Shown one piece after another: positions 37,598-48,725 of a stretch of DNA of 64,000 nucleotides; position 1 is the first letter of the stretch; the number at the start of each line of letters is the position of its first letter. The position numbers and the translations under genes are program-made. The DNA comes from Octopus bimaculoides (lineage: Eukaryota): contig NC_069007.1 of assembly GCF_001194135.2 (NCBI RefSeq), positions 5,585,296 to 5,649,295 on the forward strand, in the 5' to 3' direction. The notes under the pieces were generated by a model. That model saw only the letters and a program-made list of their open reading frames with translations, did not search any database and had not been told where the DNA came from.

Positions 37598-37824
37598 AAA
37601 ACCGTTAGCATTTAGATTATTTGATCAAACACAATGCTTATTAATTCATGTTGCTTTGAATTAATTATGCATCACTTCATAATTTCCCGATTTCAATGAT
37701 GTAATTTTACATTTTCAGAATGGCATTGAAGGATTGGTGTAAGAGGTTAGACCTGGTCAGTTTTAACATAAAACAAGTAGAATATTTTGGCCACATACAG
37801 CTGGTTGAAATGCTAAAGGGTTAA
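37598..37824. mobile_element. piggyBac-like MITE (second family)
   Basis: Ends ACCGTTAGCATT / AATGCTAAAGGG-TTAA. Confidence 0.6.
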
Positions 37825-37959
37825 GGATGTGAAAGTAGGACATAAAGACATGAACATGTGTCTTGCTAAACAGGTGAATACACAACTTCTCCAGCTAGCT
37901 GATTTTTTTTAGCAGTATAATAGTTTCACTTTTCATTACACTATATTGTTTCACTTTTA

Positions 37960-39476
37960 TTCTTACTGTGTATATGGGTGTGTGTTTGTTTTTTCTATGC
38001 ATGGCCAAACCTCTGAATCAATCTGTACCAAATTTGGCTGTCAGGAAATTACGTCGGTTTTGTTTTTCTGCTTTAAAGGTAAACAATTGTGAAACGCTTT
38101 TTAATTGTGATAATGAAACAAGAGGTTTAAAAAAAAAGAAACAGTAAGGTTTTTAAATAACAAAATGTCTTCATACGGACACACGCACTGTAGGATATCT
38201 TTCAATTTATACGATAAACTTTATAAAATTTAAAGTTCAATATTCCCGTGACATAAGTTAGAGATATCGACATGAGTTATTCAAATAATTGTTCATGGAA
38301 TGGACCTAATAAAATCATAGCTAGGGTACACTCGATATTTAATATTTAAATCTGATGTGACCATTTCTACTTGGATATTGGTCCAACCTCAGATTTGAAA
38401 TCGAATCTACAAGTTCCTCTTAGCCATATGGCCTATTGTTCTGCACGGCCTAACCACTGGATCAATCTGTACCAAATTTGACATGAAGGTTTTTCATTAC
38501 TTGGGGAAGGTTCTAGGAGGTGGGGGTCACTAAGTTTTTAACTTTTTTTCAAAAACAGAAATATGTTTTACATACCTGTCGTATACGTCAGTTTTATTTT
38601 TTTCGCTTTAAAGGTAAACGATTCTGATAGAAGCAAACAAGATATTGAATAATTCTCCATCATACGACTATGACCCCACCTCTTTTTTTTAAAGTAAAAA
38701 TAAACGCAGTGTTAAAAACTTTAATCCCTTACATGTTGAAAAAAGGAAATGTTTTCTCCACAAAGAAATCAAGGTAACTAGTTTTGCTTTTTATTTTGTG
38801 GTATAAATGAGAGAATGGGTATAATTCTATTGGAAACGTAACTTAACAATTTACTGTTGACATCAAACATGTAACGACCACAAAAACACAATAATGTTTT
38901 TAATTATCTTTTTGCTTTTATTTCCATGTTCTCTGTAGCAAAGATTTTTGCAAGAATTCCGTTTGAAATGTTAAAAGGAATTTTGAAGTGATAATGAAGC
39001 AAGCGGTTGAGTCCTTACCTCCAAAATTTGTTTTTCTAGGGAAATATAAGGGTAACGATCTCTTCATTCCACGGACCCCATTAATCCCATCTGACCTCCC
39101 CTATGACCTCCAGTTCCCAGTGAAACAAAGTTTTGCCATGTCCATAAATAAATCTCAAGCACAATCTCTCAACGTTGTTGGACTTAACCTTGCTTCTCCT
39201 TGCTTCTCTCGTGGGCAATTATATGCAAGATATTCGCGAGTTGGAAGTCCCAAAACTATTTTTCATTGTACACCAATTAAAGGACATACTGAAAACATTG
39301 TATATTTAGAAGTTCTACAAAATTAAATTGTGACTGATTTCAGGATTTGTTTTAATAACTTTGTTTATACTCACATTATCTAATAGAATTTTTCTGAAAA
39401 TATCTTTTTTGCCAGAATATATTTATTTCCTTTAACATTCTTTAACTTTCCAAGCAACACCAGGTACTTAGGCTAG
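37960..39476 (+). mobile_element. Non-autonomous Helitron relic with Pif1-helicase C-terminus (38988-39326) and CTAG 3' end; 5' boundary uncertain
   Basis: LFIPRTPLIPSD..QFPVKQSFAMSINKSQAQSL..CFSRGQLY..SRVGS..NIVY.EVL; decayed hairpin then CTAG at 39473-76; module ATCAATCTGTACCAAATTTG repeated at ~38017 and ~38461. Confidence 0.8.
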
Positions 39477-39477
39477 C

Positions 39478-39508
<31 letters not shown>

Positions 39509-39513
39509 ACACA

Positions 39514-39736
39514 CAAGAGTGGCGGGTGCTGGAAAGTTCCAGGCTTCAAGGATATCACAAAAGGCCTGATTAGAGACCCAGCTTTCTGAGTTCTTTGACA
39601 GGGCTTAAAAAATCTGAAGGACCATTGCAATAAATGTGTGAATCTGAGATGGGAATATGTTGAATAAAATCATAACTAACTGATCGTTCTGTATTTTCTT
39701 TTACCCAAAACCAGGAACTTTTCAGCACTCCCTCGT
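39514..39736 (+). mobile_element. Mariner-derived MITE retaining the transposase's last codons
   Basis: TIRs like GAGGGGGTGCTGAAAAGTTCCTGG; GLKNLKDHCNKCVNLRWEYVE*; sister copy at 56549-56747. Confidence 0.8.
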
Positions 39737-39779
39737 GTATATGTGAATGGTGGGGTGATATGGTCATAAAGGACATGCA

Positions 39780-39822
<43 letters not shown>

Positions 39823-41213
39823 ATATATATATGGTATGTGTGTTTGTGTCTGTGCTTGGAGCATAGACATCAAATGATAAGGATGATATATATGTTTATA
39901 AACACTGGTGTGTATATTTCAATGTAGTTTGTATCTTTCTGAATCATTTTTTTTTTTACAAAACATCACAGACATACATATTCTTCATCAATCCAACATA
40001 TTGCATCTTAAGGTATAAGTCTCCACTCTTGTCTCCCGTGGCTTCCATTGTGAAACACCTATTGCCAATAAATAAACATAACTATTGATATATTTTCTAT
40101 TCAGATCAGGAAATCTACTTAAAATATCGATTGATTTTTGGCAATGCTCAATTTTTTATTATTTCTCTCAAAGATTATTTTAAATTTGAATCTAAAGAGA
40201 AAAATATACAACAAACACATGTTTATTCTATTTAAATAAAACATGTTTTTAGTGTGAATATGCTTTTTTCCCCCTCAATTTTCTTTTTTTTTTTTTTTTA
40301 CAATTATTATTACTATTATGCTATCAATTCTTGAACAAATGAACCGTCTTGGAAATTGGTCCGTTCTTCAGCGCTGTCAAATATAACATGATATTTTTAT
40401 TGTGTAGCTAAAGCTGAATCTATTTATTATTATTCTGTCTGTTGGCGCATTTGGTTTGGAAATTAAATATGATGTATGAGAGAATGGAATTAGCCAAAGA
40501 ATTAAGATAGGAAATAGACTACTGCTAGTACTACTACTATTATTGCTACTGCTGCTCTTCTACTACTATCACTATCACCACCACCATTACTACTACAACT
40601 ACTACTACTACTACTACTAACAACAACAACATCACCATCACTATTGGCACTCTGTCAATTACGATAATGAGGGCTCCACACTTGCACACATTCCTTCTGG
40701 CCAAACACCACTAAAAGGACTTTGGGTGACCAGTGGTTTTGGTAAATATCCAAATTCTAGACGTTGCCCCAAGATGTTGCCTTGTGGAATTGAACTTGCT
40801 TTAGACATGACCTTTGTAACTGTGCAACTATAATTCCACCTAGCCATATAAATCACTGAAAATATCTACCTTCTATTTTTTACTTGTTTTAGTCATTAGA
40901 CTGTGGCCATGCTGAGGCACCACGAAGAAGGTTTAGCTGAATAAGTAGACTCTAGGACTTATTAATTCTTTTTAAAACTTGGTACTTATGCTATCAATCT
41001 CTTTTCCTGGACTGCTAAGTTAAGGCAGTGCTCCACAGCCAGTATACCAAAGCACACTAGTGTGCTATGAGGTGATGCTAGGTGTGCCACAGTGTAAACT
41101 GAATATAATATTTTTCCAGTTCTATATTTAAGAGATGAGGAATTATGTACATTATTTACATTATGTACATTATTCATAATTGACGGATATTTAACCTCAT
41201 CTTGTTCGTTTTT

Positions 41214-41259
41214 AACACAACGTTTCGGCTGATATACCCTCCAGCCTTCATCAGGTATC
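41214..41259 (-). ncRNA. Minimal type I hammerhead (left arm)
   Basis: GATAC-CTGATGA-A-GGCTG-GAGGGTATAT-CAGCC-GAAA-CGTT-GTGTT. Confidence 0.8.
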
Positions 41260-41570
41260 TTGGGGAAATTTTAAAGCTGGGTTCTCATTCCTAAGGAATT
41301 TTTTGATGTTGTTGTTATTATTATTAGTAGTAGTAGTAGTATTCAGGTCACTGCTTGGGATCGAACTCGGAATATTGGGGCTAGTAGTCTATGCTCTTAA
41401 CCACTATGCCATGTTCCTGTGGGCAGATGGCGTAGTGGTTAAGAGCATGAGTTACTAACTCCAAGATTCCGAGTTCGATTCCAGGTAGTGACCTTAATAA
41501 TAATAATAATAATAATAGCAACATTAAAAAGTACCTTAGGAATGAGAGCCCAAGTTCAAAATTTTCCCAA

Positions 41571-41616
41571 GACACCTGATGAAGGCTGGAGGGCATATAA
41601 GCCGAAACGTTGTGTT
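41571..41616 (+). ncRNA. Minimal type I hammerhead (right arm)
   Basis: GACAC-CTGATGA-A-GGCT..AGCC-GAAA-CGTT-GTGTT. Confidence 0.8.
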
Positions 41617-42186
41617 AACAACAAACATGGTGAGGACAAATATCTATCAAATATAAATAAGGTAAATAATGTATAATATTTTTCCCTATACTTCTAATTA
41701 TATTTTTAGTTCAGGTGTGCCGCCAGATTTTGAAAAGAAGACAAGTGTATTTGCAAGGGAAGAAAGGTTGTGGAGCAATGAGTTAAGGGGATGGAAACAC
41801 ACCAACACCAGTTGTCAAGTGGTGTTGGGGGACAAACACAGACACACACTCACACATTATCATCATTATCCTTTAAAGTTCATTTTCCACACTGGCATGG
41901 CTCAGACGGTTTGACAGGAGCAGGCAAGCTGGGGAACTGCACCACGTTTCAGTCTGATTTCACTTGGTTTCTATTGCCGGATGCCCTTCCTAACACCAAC
42001 CACTTTACAGCATGTGCTGGGGGATTTTAACATGGCACTAGCACAAGTGCTTTCATATGGTGCCAAATGCTCTTTAAGTGGCACCAGCAAAGGACTCTTG
42101 CAGGACAATCTTCTTCACCAAGGGGCCTCCACACTTTTGCTGTTCAGGATGGATCATCATACATATATATATATCTATGTATGTTG

Positions 42187-42275
42187 GTTCCCTGATGATG
42201 AATTTATGTGCAATTCCAGCACCTCTTACTTGTTTGGAGTAGTGTGCACATATATTTTGAAACATATGTAGGAAT
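42187..42275 (+). ncRNA. Type I hammerhead motif with long stem II
   Basis: Stem I GTTCC/GGAAT, CTGATGA 42192-98, stem II incl. TATGTGCA/TGCACATA, GAAA 42259-62, palindromic ACATATGT, GUA triplet. Confidence 0.65.
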
Positions 42276-42365
42276 TAAAGGAACTTATTGGTTATATGCG
42301 TTTTGATCCATTTATTATTATTCTTCATATCTACTCAAAATACATCACATTAACATGGTATTTTA

Positions 42366-42892
42366 ACCTATTAACTGGGTATGATATCCCAGTATTCGTG
42401 TAATTTTTGCTACCCTGGTAACTATTAACATATTTTCATTATCAAAGTTTTTTCAACTGAGATAATATTAATATATACATAAATTAATATATATATCTAT
42501 ATACTTCACTTTATGACAACTCGCTTTACAAGACCCTAGGTTTACAAAAGTTTCAACTACACTAACAAATGCTTCTGCGTGTTACTGAAAAGTGTATAGA
42601 AAGCGAAAACAGCTTCTTCTAAGCAAACAACTGTAGACTTGTTTTTTCTACAAGTCCATCTATGAGTGTTTATGAATCAGCAATTGTGTCTACAAGTAAT
42701 GGTGTATGAGTCTAGTGCAAGTGAGAGTGATTCAGAAAACGATTATAATATTTATTTTATTCTAAATGATGTTGACATTCTTTTTACATAAAATATTCTT
42801 TACATTCTACTCTTGTTTCATTGCCATTCATTTACGAGTTTTTTTAGTTTACGAGCTGTCTTCAGGAACAAATTAACTCATATATTGCAGAA
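42366..42892 (+). mobile_element. Possible old piggyBac-like element start
   Basis: TTAACCTATTAACTGG start and an acidic YESSASESDSENDY remnant. Confidence 0.25.
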
Positions 42893-43013
42893 NNNNNNNN
42901 NNNNNNNNNNNNNNNNNNNNNNNNNNNNNNNNNNNNNNNNNNNNNNNNNNNNNNNNNNNNNNNNNNNNNNNNNNNNNNNNNNNNNNNNNNNNNNNNNNNN
43001 NNNNNNNNNNNNN

Positions 43014-43045
<32 letters not shown>

Positions 43046-43048
<3 letters not shown>

Positions 43049-43395
43049 TCATCATCGTCATCATCGTTTAACGTCCGCTTTTCATGCTAGCATGGGTTGG
43101 ACGATTTGACGGAGGACTGGTGAACCAGATGGCTGCACCAGGCTCCAATCTTCCAAACGCCAACCACTACGAGAGTGTAGTGGGTGCTTTTACGTGCCAC
43201 CGGGGCAAGTCAGGCGGTATTGGCAATGGCTATGCTCAAAATGGTGTTTTTTACATGCCAACTGCACAGAAGCCAGTCCAGCGGCACTGGCAATGACCTC
43301 ACTCGAATGTTTTTTCACGTGTCACCAGCACAAGTGCCAGTATGGCGACGCTGGTAACGATCACGCTCAAATGGTGCTATTTATGTGCCACTATC
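43046..43395 (-). mobile_element. Family C copy
   Basis: Tail plus several internal units. Confidence 0.85.
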
Positions 43396-43494
43396 ACACT
43401 TTATTGCAGGTCAAATTTTTGTTGATATTTTGAATATCAAACATTGTACGTATGTGAAACTTGATCCATTGAAAGATCCTAGGTAGTTACATAT

Positions 43495-43791
43495 GGAGGC
43501 GCAATGGCCTAGTGGTTAGGGCAGCGGACTCGCGGTCATAGGATCGCGGTTTCGATTCCCAGACCAGGCGTTGTGAGTGTTTATTGAGCGAAAACACCTA
43601 AAGCTCCACGAGGCTCCGGCAGGGGATGGTGGCGAACCCTGCTGTACTCTTTTACCACAACTTTCTCTCACTCTTACTTCCTGTTTCTGTTGTGCCTGTA
43701 ATTCAAAGGGTCAGCCTTGTCACACTGTGCCACGCTGAATATCCCCGAGAACTACGTTAAGGGTACATGTGTCTGTGGAGTGCTCAGCCAC
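43495..43791 (+). mobile_element. SINE family B, young copy, 3' end in gap
   Basis: Near-identical to 12901-13289. Confidence 0.9.
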
Positions 43792-44663
43792 NNNNNNNNN
43801 NNNNNNNNNNNNNNNNNNNNNNNNNNNNNNNNNNNNNNNNNNNNNNNNNNNNNNNNNNNNNNNNNNNNNNNNNNNNNNNNNNNNNNNNNNNNNNNNNNNN
43901 NNNNNNNNNNNNNNNNNNNNNNNNNNNNNNNNNNNNNNNNNNNNNNNNNNNNNNNNNNNNNNNNNNNNNNNNNNNNNNNNNNNNNNNNNNNNNNNNNNNN
44001 NNNNNNNNNNNNNNNNNNNNNNNNNNNNNNNNNNNNNNNNNNNNNNNNNNNNNNNNNNNNNNNNNNNNNNNNNNNNNNNNNNNNNNNNNNNNNNNNNNNN
44101 NNNNNNNNNNNNNNNNNNNNNNNNNNNNNNNNNNNNNNNNNNNNNNNNNNNNNNNNNNNNNNNNNNNNNNNNNNNNNNNNNNNNNNNNNNNNNNNNNNNN
44201 NNNNNNNNNNNNNNNNNNNNNNNNNNNNNNNNNNNNNNNNNNNNNNNNNNNNNNNNNNNNNNNNNNNNNNNNNNNNNNNNNNNNNNNNNNNNNNNNNNNN
44301 NNNNNNNNNNNNNNNNNNNNNNNNNNNNNNNNNNNNNNNNNNNNNNNNNNNNNNNNNNNNNNNNNNNNNNNNNNNNNNNNNNNNNNNNNNNNNNNNNNNN
44401 NNNNNNNNNNNNNNNNNNNNNNNNNNNNNNNNNNNNNNNNNNNNNNNNNNNNNNNNNNNNNNNNNNNNNNNNNNNNNNNNNNNNNNNNNNNNNNNNNNNN
44501 NNNNNNNNNNNNNNNNNNNNNNNNNNNNNNNNNNNNNNNNNNNNNNNNNNNNNNNNNNNNNNNNNNNNNNNNNNNNNNNNNNNNNNNNNNNNNNNNNNNN
44601 NNNNNNNNNNNNNNNNNNNNNNNNNNNNNNNNNNNNNNNNNNNNNNNNNNNNNNNNNNNNNNN

Positions 44664-45803
44664 TATTCCATTTTCTACCATATCTTCATTTATTCAAAGA
44701 TATAAAAAATCGGGAACTGTTGAAAACAGAATAAGATCCAGTGCACCACACAAGATTTCCCCTAGATCTTTAAGAAAAATGAAGTGAAGAATCGAAAAAA
44801 ATGCAATGATCACCAGCAAGAAGATTTGTTAGCCTCGGGGACTAGTGTTACACTATGAACAATCAGCAATGAACTTCATAGGAATGAACTGAAGTCATGC
44901 TCTCCTAGAAAAACTCCACCGTTGACTAAAAGGCATAGAGATGCCCGTTTGAAATTTGTTTATGAACATAAAGATAAATCTGATACATTCTGGGAAAATG
45001 TTCTAGGGACAGACGAGTCGAAAATTGAATTGTTTGGATGAAATTTGCGTAGCCATGTTTGGCGGAAAGATGGTACCGCCTATTCACTGAAAAACACAAT
45101 TCCAACTGTAAAGTTTGGAGGTGGCAACAACATTGTGTAGGGGTGTTTCTCTGCAAATGGCACTGGCAATTTACATGTGATAGATGGTAGAATGAATGCA
45201 GAGATGTACCAAAATATTTCGAACAATAATTTATGGGACTCTGTAGAAAAACTCCAGCTTTGTGAAGGGTGGGTTTTACAACAGGATAACGACCCTAAGC
45301 ACACGGCGAAGTCTACCAAAAATGGATTGTCAATCACAATATAAAATTATTAGAATGGCCAAGCCAGTCACCTGACTTCAACCCCATTGAAATTTTGTGG
45401 TGTTATTTGAAAATTAAAATTCATTCAAAGGCCCCAATGCGCATTTCAGATTTGAAGAAAATTTGTCAAGAAGAATGGGAAAAAATTCCTAACGAAACAT
45501 GCGAGTCATTAATTAAGAACTACAAGAAGAGATTGGTTGAAGTGGAACTGAATAATGGTTATGCTACGAAGTATTAAATCAGAATTATCGGTTATTTATG
45601 TTCTGTATGAATACTTTTTTCACCCCTAAATATTTATATTTGTATATAAATTCATTAGTTGCTATAATTTATTAGTTTCTTTTGCATATTCTTAGTTTAT
45701 ACATGTGTATGCAACTATAGTATTGGTATATCCCATTTATGCTCATTAGAAATTAAATAAATAAAGAATTTTGACATGTATGAATATTTATTTCCCCCCA
45801 CTG
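44664..45803 (+). mobile_element. Tc1-family (DD34E) transposon, disrupted ORF ending 45577, right IR/DR terminus plus TA
   Basis: [41 protein letters not shown]; end CCCCCACTG-TA; internal direct repeat TGTATGAATA at ~45604 and ~45777. Confidence 0.93.
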
Positions 45804-45870
45804 TATATAGCCTTGGATTTTTATCTCATTCTGTTTATTTTTCTATATATGCATATATATATATATATAC

Positions 45871-45946
<76 letters not shown>

Positions 45947-46767
45947 GTAAAAGTACCACCCAAACGTGGCCAATGCCAGTACCCGCTGACTGANNNNNNN
46001 NNNNNNNNNNNNNNNNNNNNNNNNNNNNNNNNNNNNNNNNNNNNNNNNNNNNNNNNNNNNNNNNNNNNNNNNNNNNNNNNNNNNNNNNNNNNNNNNNNNN
46101 NNNNNNNNNNNNNNNNNNNNNNNNNNNNNNNNNNNNNNNNNNNNNNNNNNNNNNNNNNNNNNNNNNNNNNNNNNNNNNNNNNNNNNNNNNNNNNNNNNNN
46201 NNNNNNNNNNNNNNNNNNNNNNNNNNNNNNNNNNNNNNNNNNNNNNNNNNNNNNNNNNNNNNNNNNNNNNNNNNNNNNNNNNNNNNNNNNNNNNNNNNNN
46301 NNNNNNNNNNNNNNNNNNNNNNNNNNNNNNNNNNNNNNNNNNNNNNNNNNNNNNNNNNNNNNNNNNNNNNNNNNNNNNNNNNNNNNNNNNNNNNNNNNNN
46401 NNNNNNNNNNNNNNNNNNNNNNNNNNNNNNNNNNNNNNNNNNNNNNNNNNNNNNNNNNNNNNNNNNNNNNNNNNNNNNNNNNNNNNNNNNNNNNNNNNNN
46501 NNNNNNNNNNNNNNNNNNNNNNNNNNNNNNNNNNNNNNNNNNNNNNNNNNNNNNNNNNNNNNNNNNNNNNNNNNNNNNNNNNNNNNNNNNNNNNNNNNNN
46601 NNNNNNNNNNNNNNNNNNNNNNNNNNNNNNNNNNNNNNNNNNNNNNNNNNNNNNNNNNNNNNNNNNNNNNNNNNNNNNNNNNNNNNNNNNNNNNNNNNNN
46701 NNNNNNNNNNNNNNNNNNTCCAGCATGGCCACAGTCAAAAGACTGAAACAAGTAAAAGAGTAAAAGA

Positions 46768-46841
<74 letters not shown>

Positions 46842-47204
46842 GGCTATAATAGAAGACACTGCTATGCAGTGGGACTGAACCTAGTACCATGTAGTTAGGA
46901 AGCATGATTGTTACCACACAGCCTCCAGAATTCTTTTACTGATTGACTCTGAAACACTAGAACAAGCAAATATTGGAAAGATGAAGTTGGTGGACCGGTG
47001 GGAGGTGGAGTAGACATTCAATAAAGAATATCTCTGACGCTGTGAGTATTGAATAATTAATTGTAAAAGAAAACCAAAATCAAGCGAAGCAATGTTTCGT
47101 GAAAAGAGAAAATAATACAGCGAAGAACAGTTGTGGAATCTTGGATATCTTAGTTGAGATTTGTTTAGAAAAGTAATTGAAACAAATAGCAAACACAGTG
47201 GTAA

Positions 47205-47870
47205 TAGAAGTAATAGTTGTAGTGGTGGTAGTGGTGGTGGTGGTAGTGGTGACAGTAGTAGTAGTAGTAGTGGTGGGGGTAGCAGTAGTAGTAGTAGTAG
47301 TGGTGGTGGCGGTGGTGGTGGTGGCAGTAGTAGTAGTAGTGGTGGTGGTGGCAGCAGGAGTAGTAGTAGTGGTGGTNNNNNNNNNNNNNNNNNNNNNNNN
47401 NNNNNNNNNNNNNNNNNNNNNNNNNNNNNNNNNNNNNNNNNNNNNNNNNNNNNNNNNNNNNNNNNNNNNNNNNNNNNNNNNNNNNNNNNNNNNNNNNNNN
47501 NNNNNNNNNNNNNNNNNNNNNNNNNGTGGTGGTGGTGGCAGTTGTAGTAGTGGTGGTGGTGGTGGCAGTTGTAGTAGTGGTGGTGGTGGTGGCAGCAGTA
47601 GTAGTGGTGGTGGCGGTGGTGGTGATGGTGGTAGTGATAGTAGTAGTAATGGTGGCAGCATTCTTGCTTTTATTGTTGGTGGTGGTAGTGGCACAGCTGG
47701 TATTAGTAGTAGTAGTAGTAGCAGCAGCAGCAGTAACAGTTGTGGTGATAGTGATGATATTGTTGTAGTTGGTGGTGGTGGTGGTGGTGATGACATTTGT
47801 TGTGGTAATAGTAGTAATATCAATGGTACTGGTTGGAGTGGTAGAACTGGTGGTAGTGCAGTACACAAAT
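47205..47870. repeat. GGT/AGT/GGC trinucleotide low-complexity tract with gap
   Basis: Direct inspection; source of the poly-G/S/V/T/P ORFs. Confidence 0.95.
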
Positions 47871-48146
47871 ACACTAAATAATTATTGATAAAATTAATGT
47901 CTATTAACAGATATTTTCGTTTAATTACATTTTATAAATATAAATATATAAATATATTCTGATGCTTTTTAAAGCTGTTTCTGCTAATGTTTTTTGGTGT
48001 TTTTATCAAATTTCATTTCGTTCAAGACGTTTTAATATAAAAGATATATTTTTCTTGTAATGCATATAAACAGAACAAATTCTATCTGAATTATTTCAAT
48101 GGATTAAACAGAAACTATTATTGTTATTATTATTATTATTATTATT

Positions 48147-48725
48147 AGGAGTGGCTGTGTGGTAAGTAGGTTGCTTACCAACCACATGGTTGCGGGCTCA
48201 TTCCCACTGTGTGGCACCTTGGGCAAGTGTCTTCTACTATAGCCTCGGGCCGACCAAAGCCTTGTGTGTGGATTTGGTAGACGGAAACTGAAAGAAGAAC
48301 ATCGTATATATATAAAAATTTCCTCTCCAAAGCACAAGTCCAGGCAAAATCATTTTTGTGGAAGGCCAGCTGTCGGCCATGCCTACCGACTTCCCCCTCT
48401 CTGCGCCACTGACGTTATCCAAGGGAAAGTCAAAGACTGATACAGCTTGGCATCAATGATGTTGCAACTCATTTCTACAGCTGATTGAACTGGGGCAATA
48501 AAGTGTCTTGCTCAAGAACACAACATACAGCCCAGTCTGGGAATCAAGCACATTATAATTATAATTCAGAGTGGTTGGTGTTAGGAAGGGCATCCAGCTG
48601 TAGAAACTCTGCCAGATCAGATTGGAGCCTGGTGTAGCCATCTGGTTTCACCAGTCCTCAGTCAAATCGTCCAACCCATGCTAGCATGGAGAGCGGACGT
48701 TAAACGATAATGATGATGATGATGA
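48147..48725. mobile_element. Mosaic: SINE A head (+), SINE F (-, 48325-48545), family C tail (+, 48570-48725)
   Basis: Each piece matches other copies in the window. Confidence 0.8.

Larger units (their letters stand above)
41118..41671. mobile_element. Head-to-head palindromic tRNA-head/(TAA)n/hammerhead element with 14-bp TSD
   Basis: Arms are reverse complements around ~41419; TATAATATTTTTCC at 41104-41117 and 41672-41685. Confidence 0.88.

Noticed and set aside
41427-41495. Functional tRNA genes (also the heads of SINEs A, B, D, F)
   Set aside because: A/B boxes are present but T and acceptor stems do not pair; tRNA-derived heads only
47080-47881. Gly/Ser-rich or mucin-like protein
   Set aside because: Open in several frames on both strands, which indicates trinucleotide low complexity; no splice or domain support
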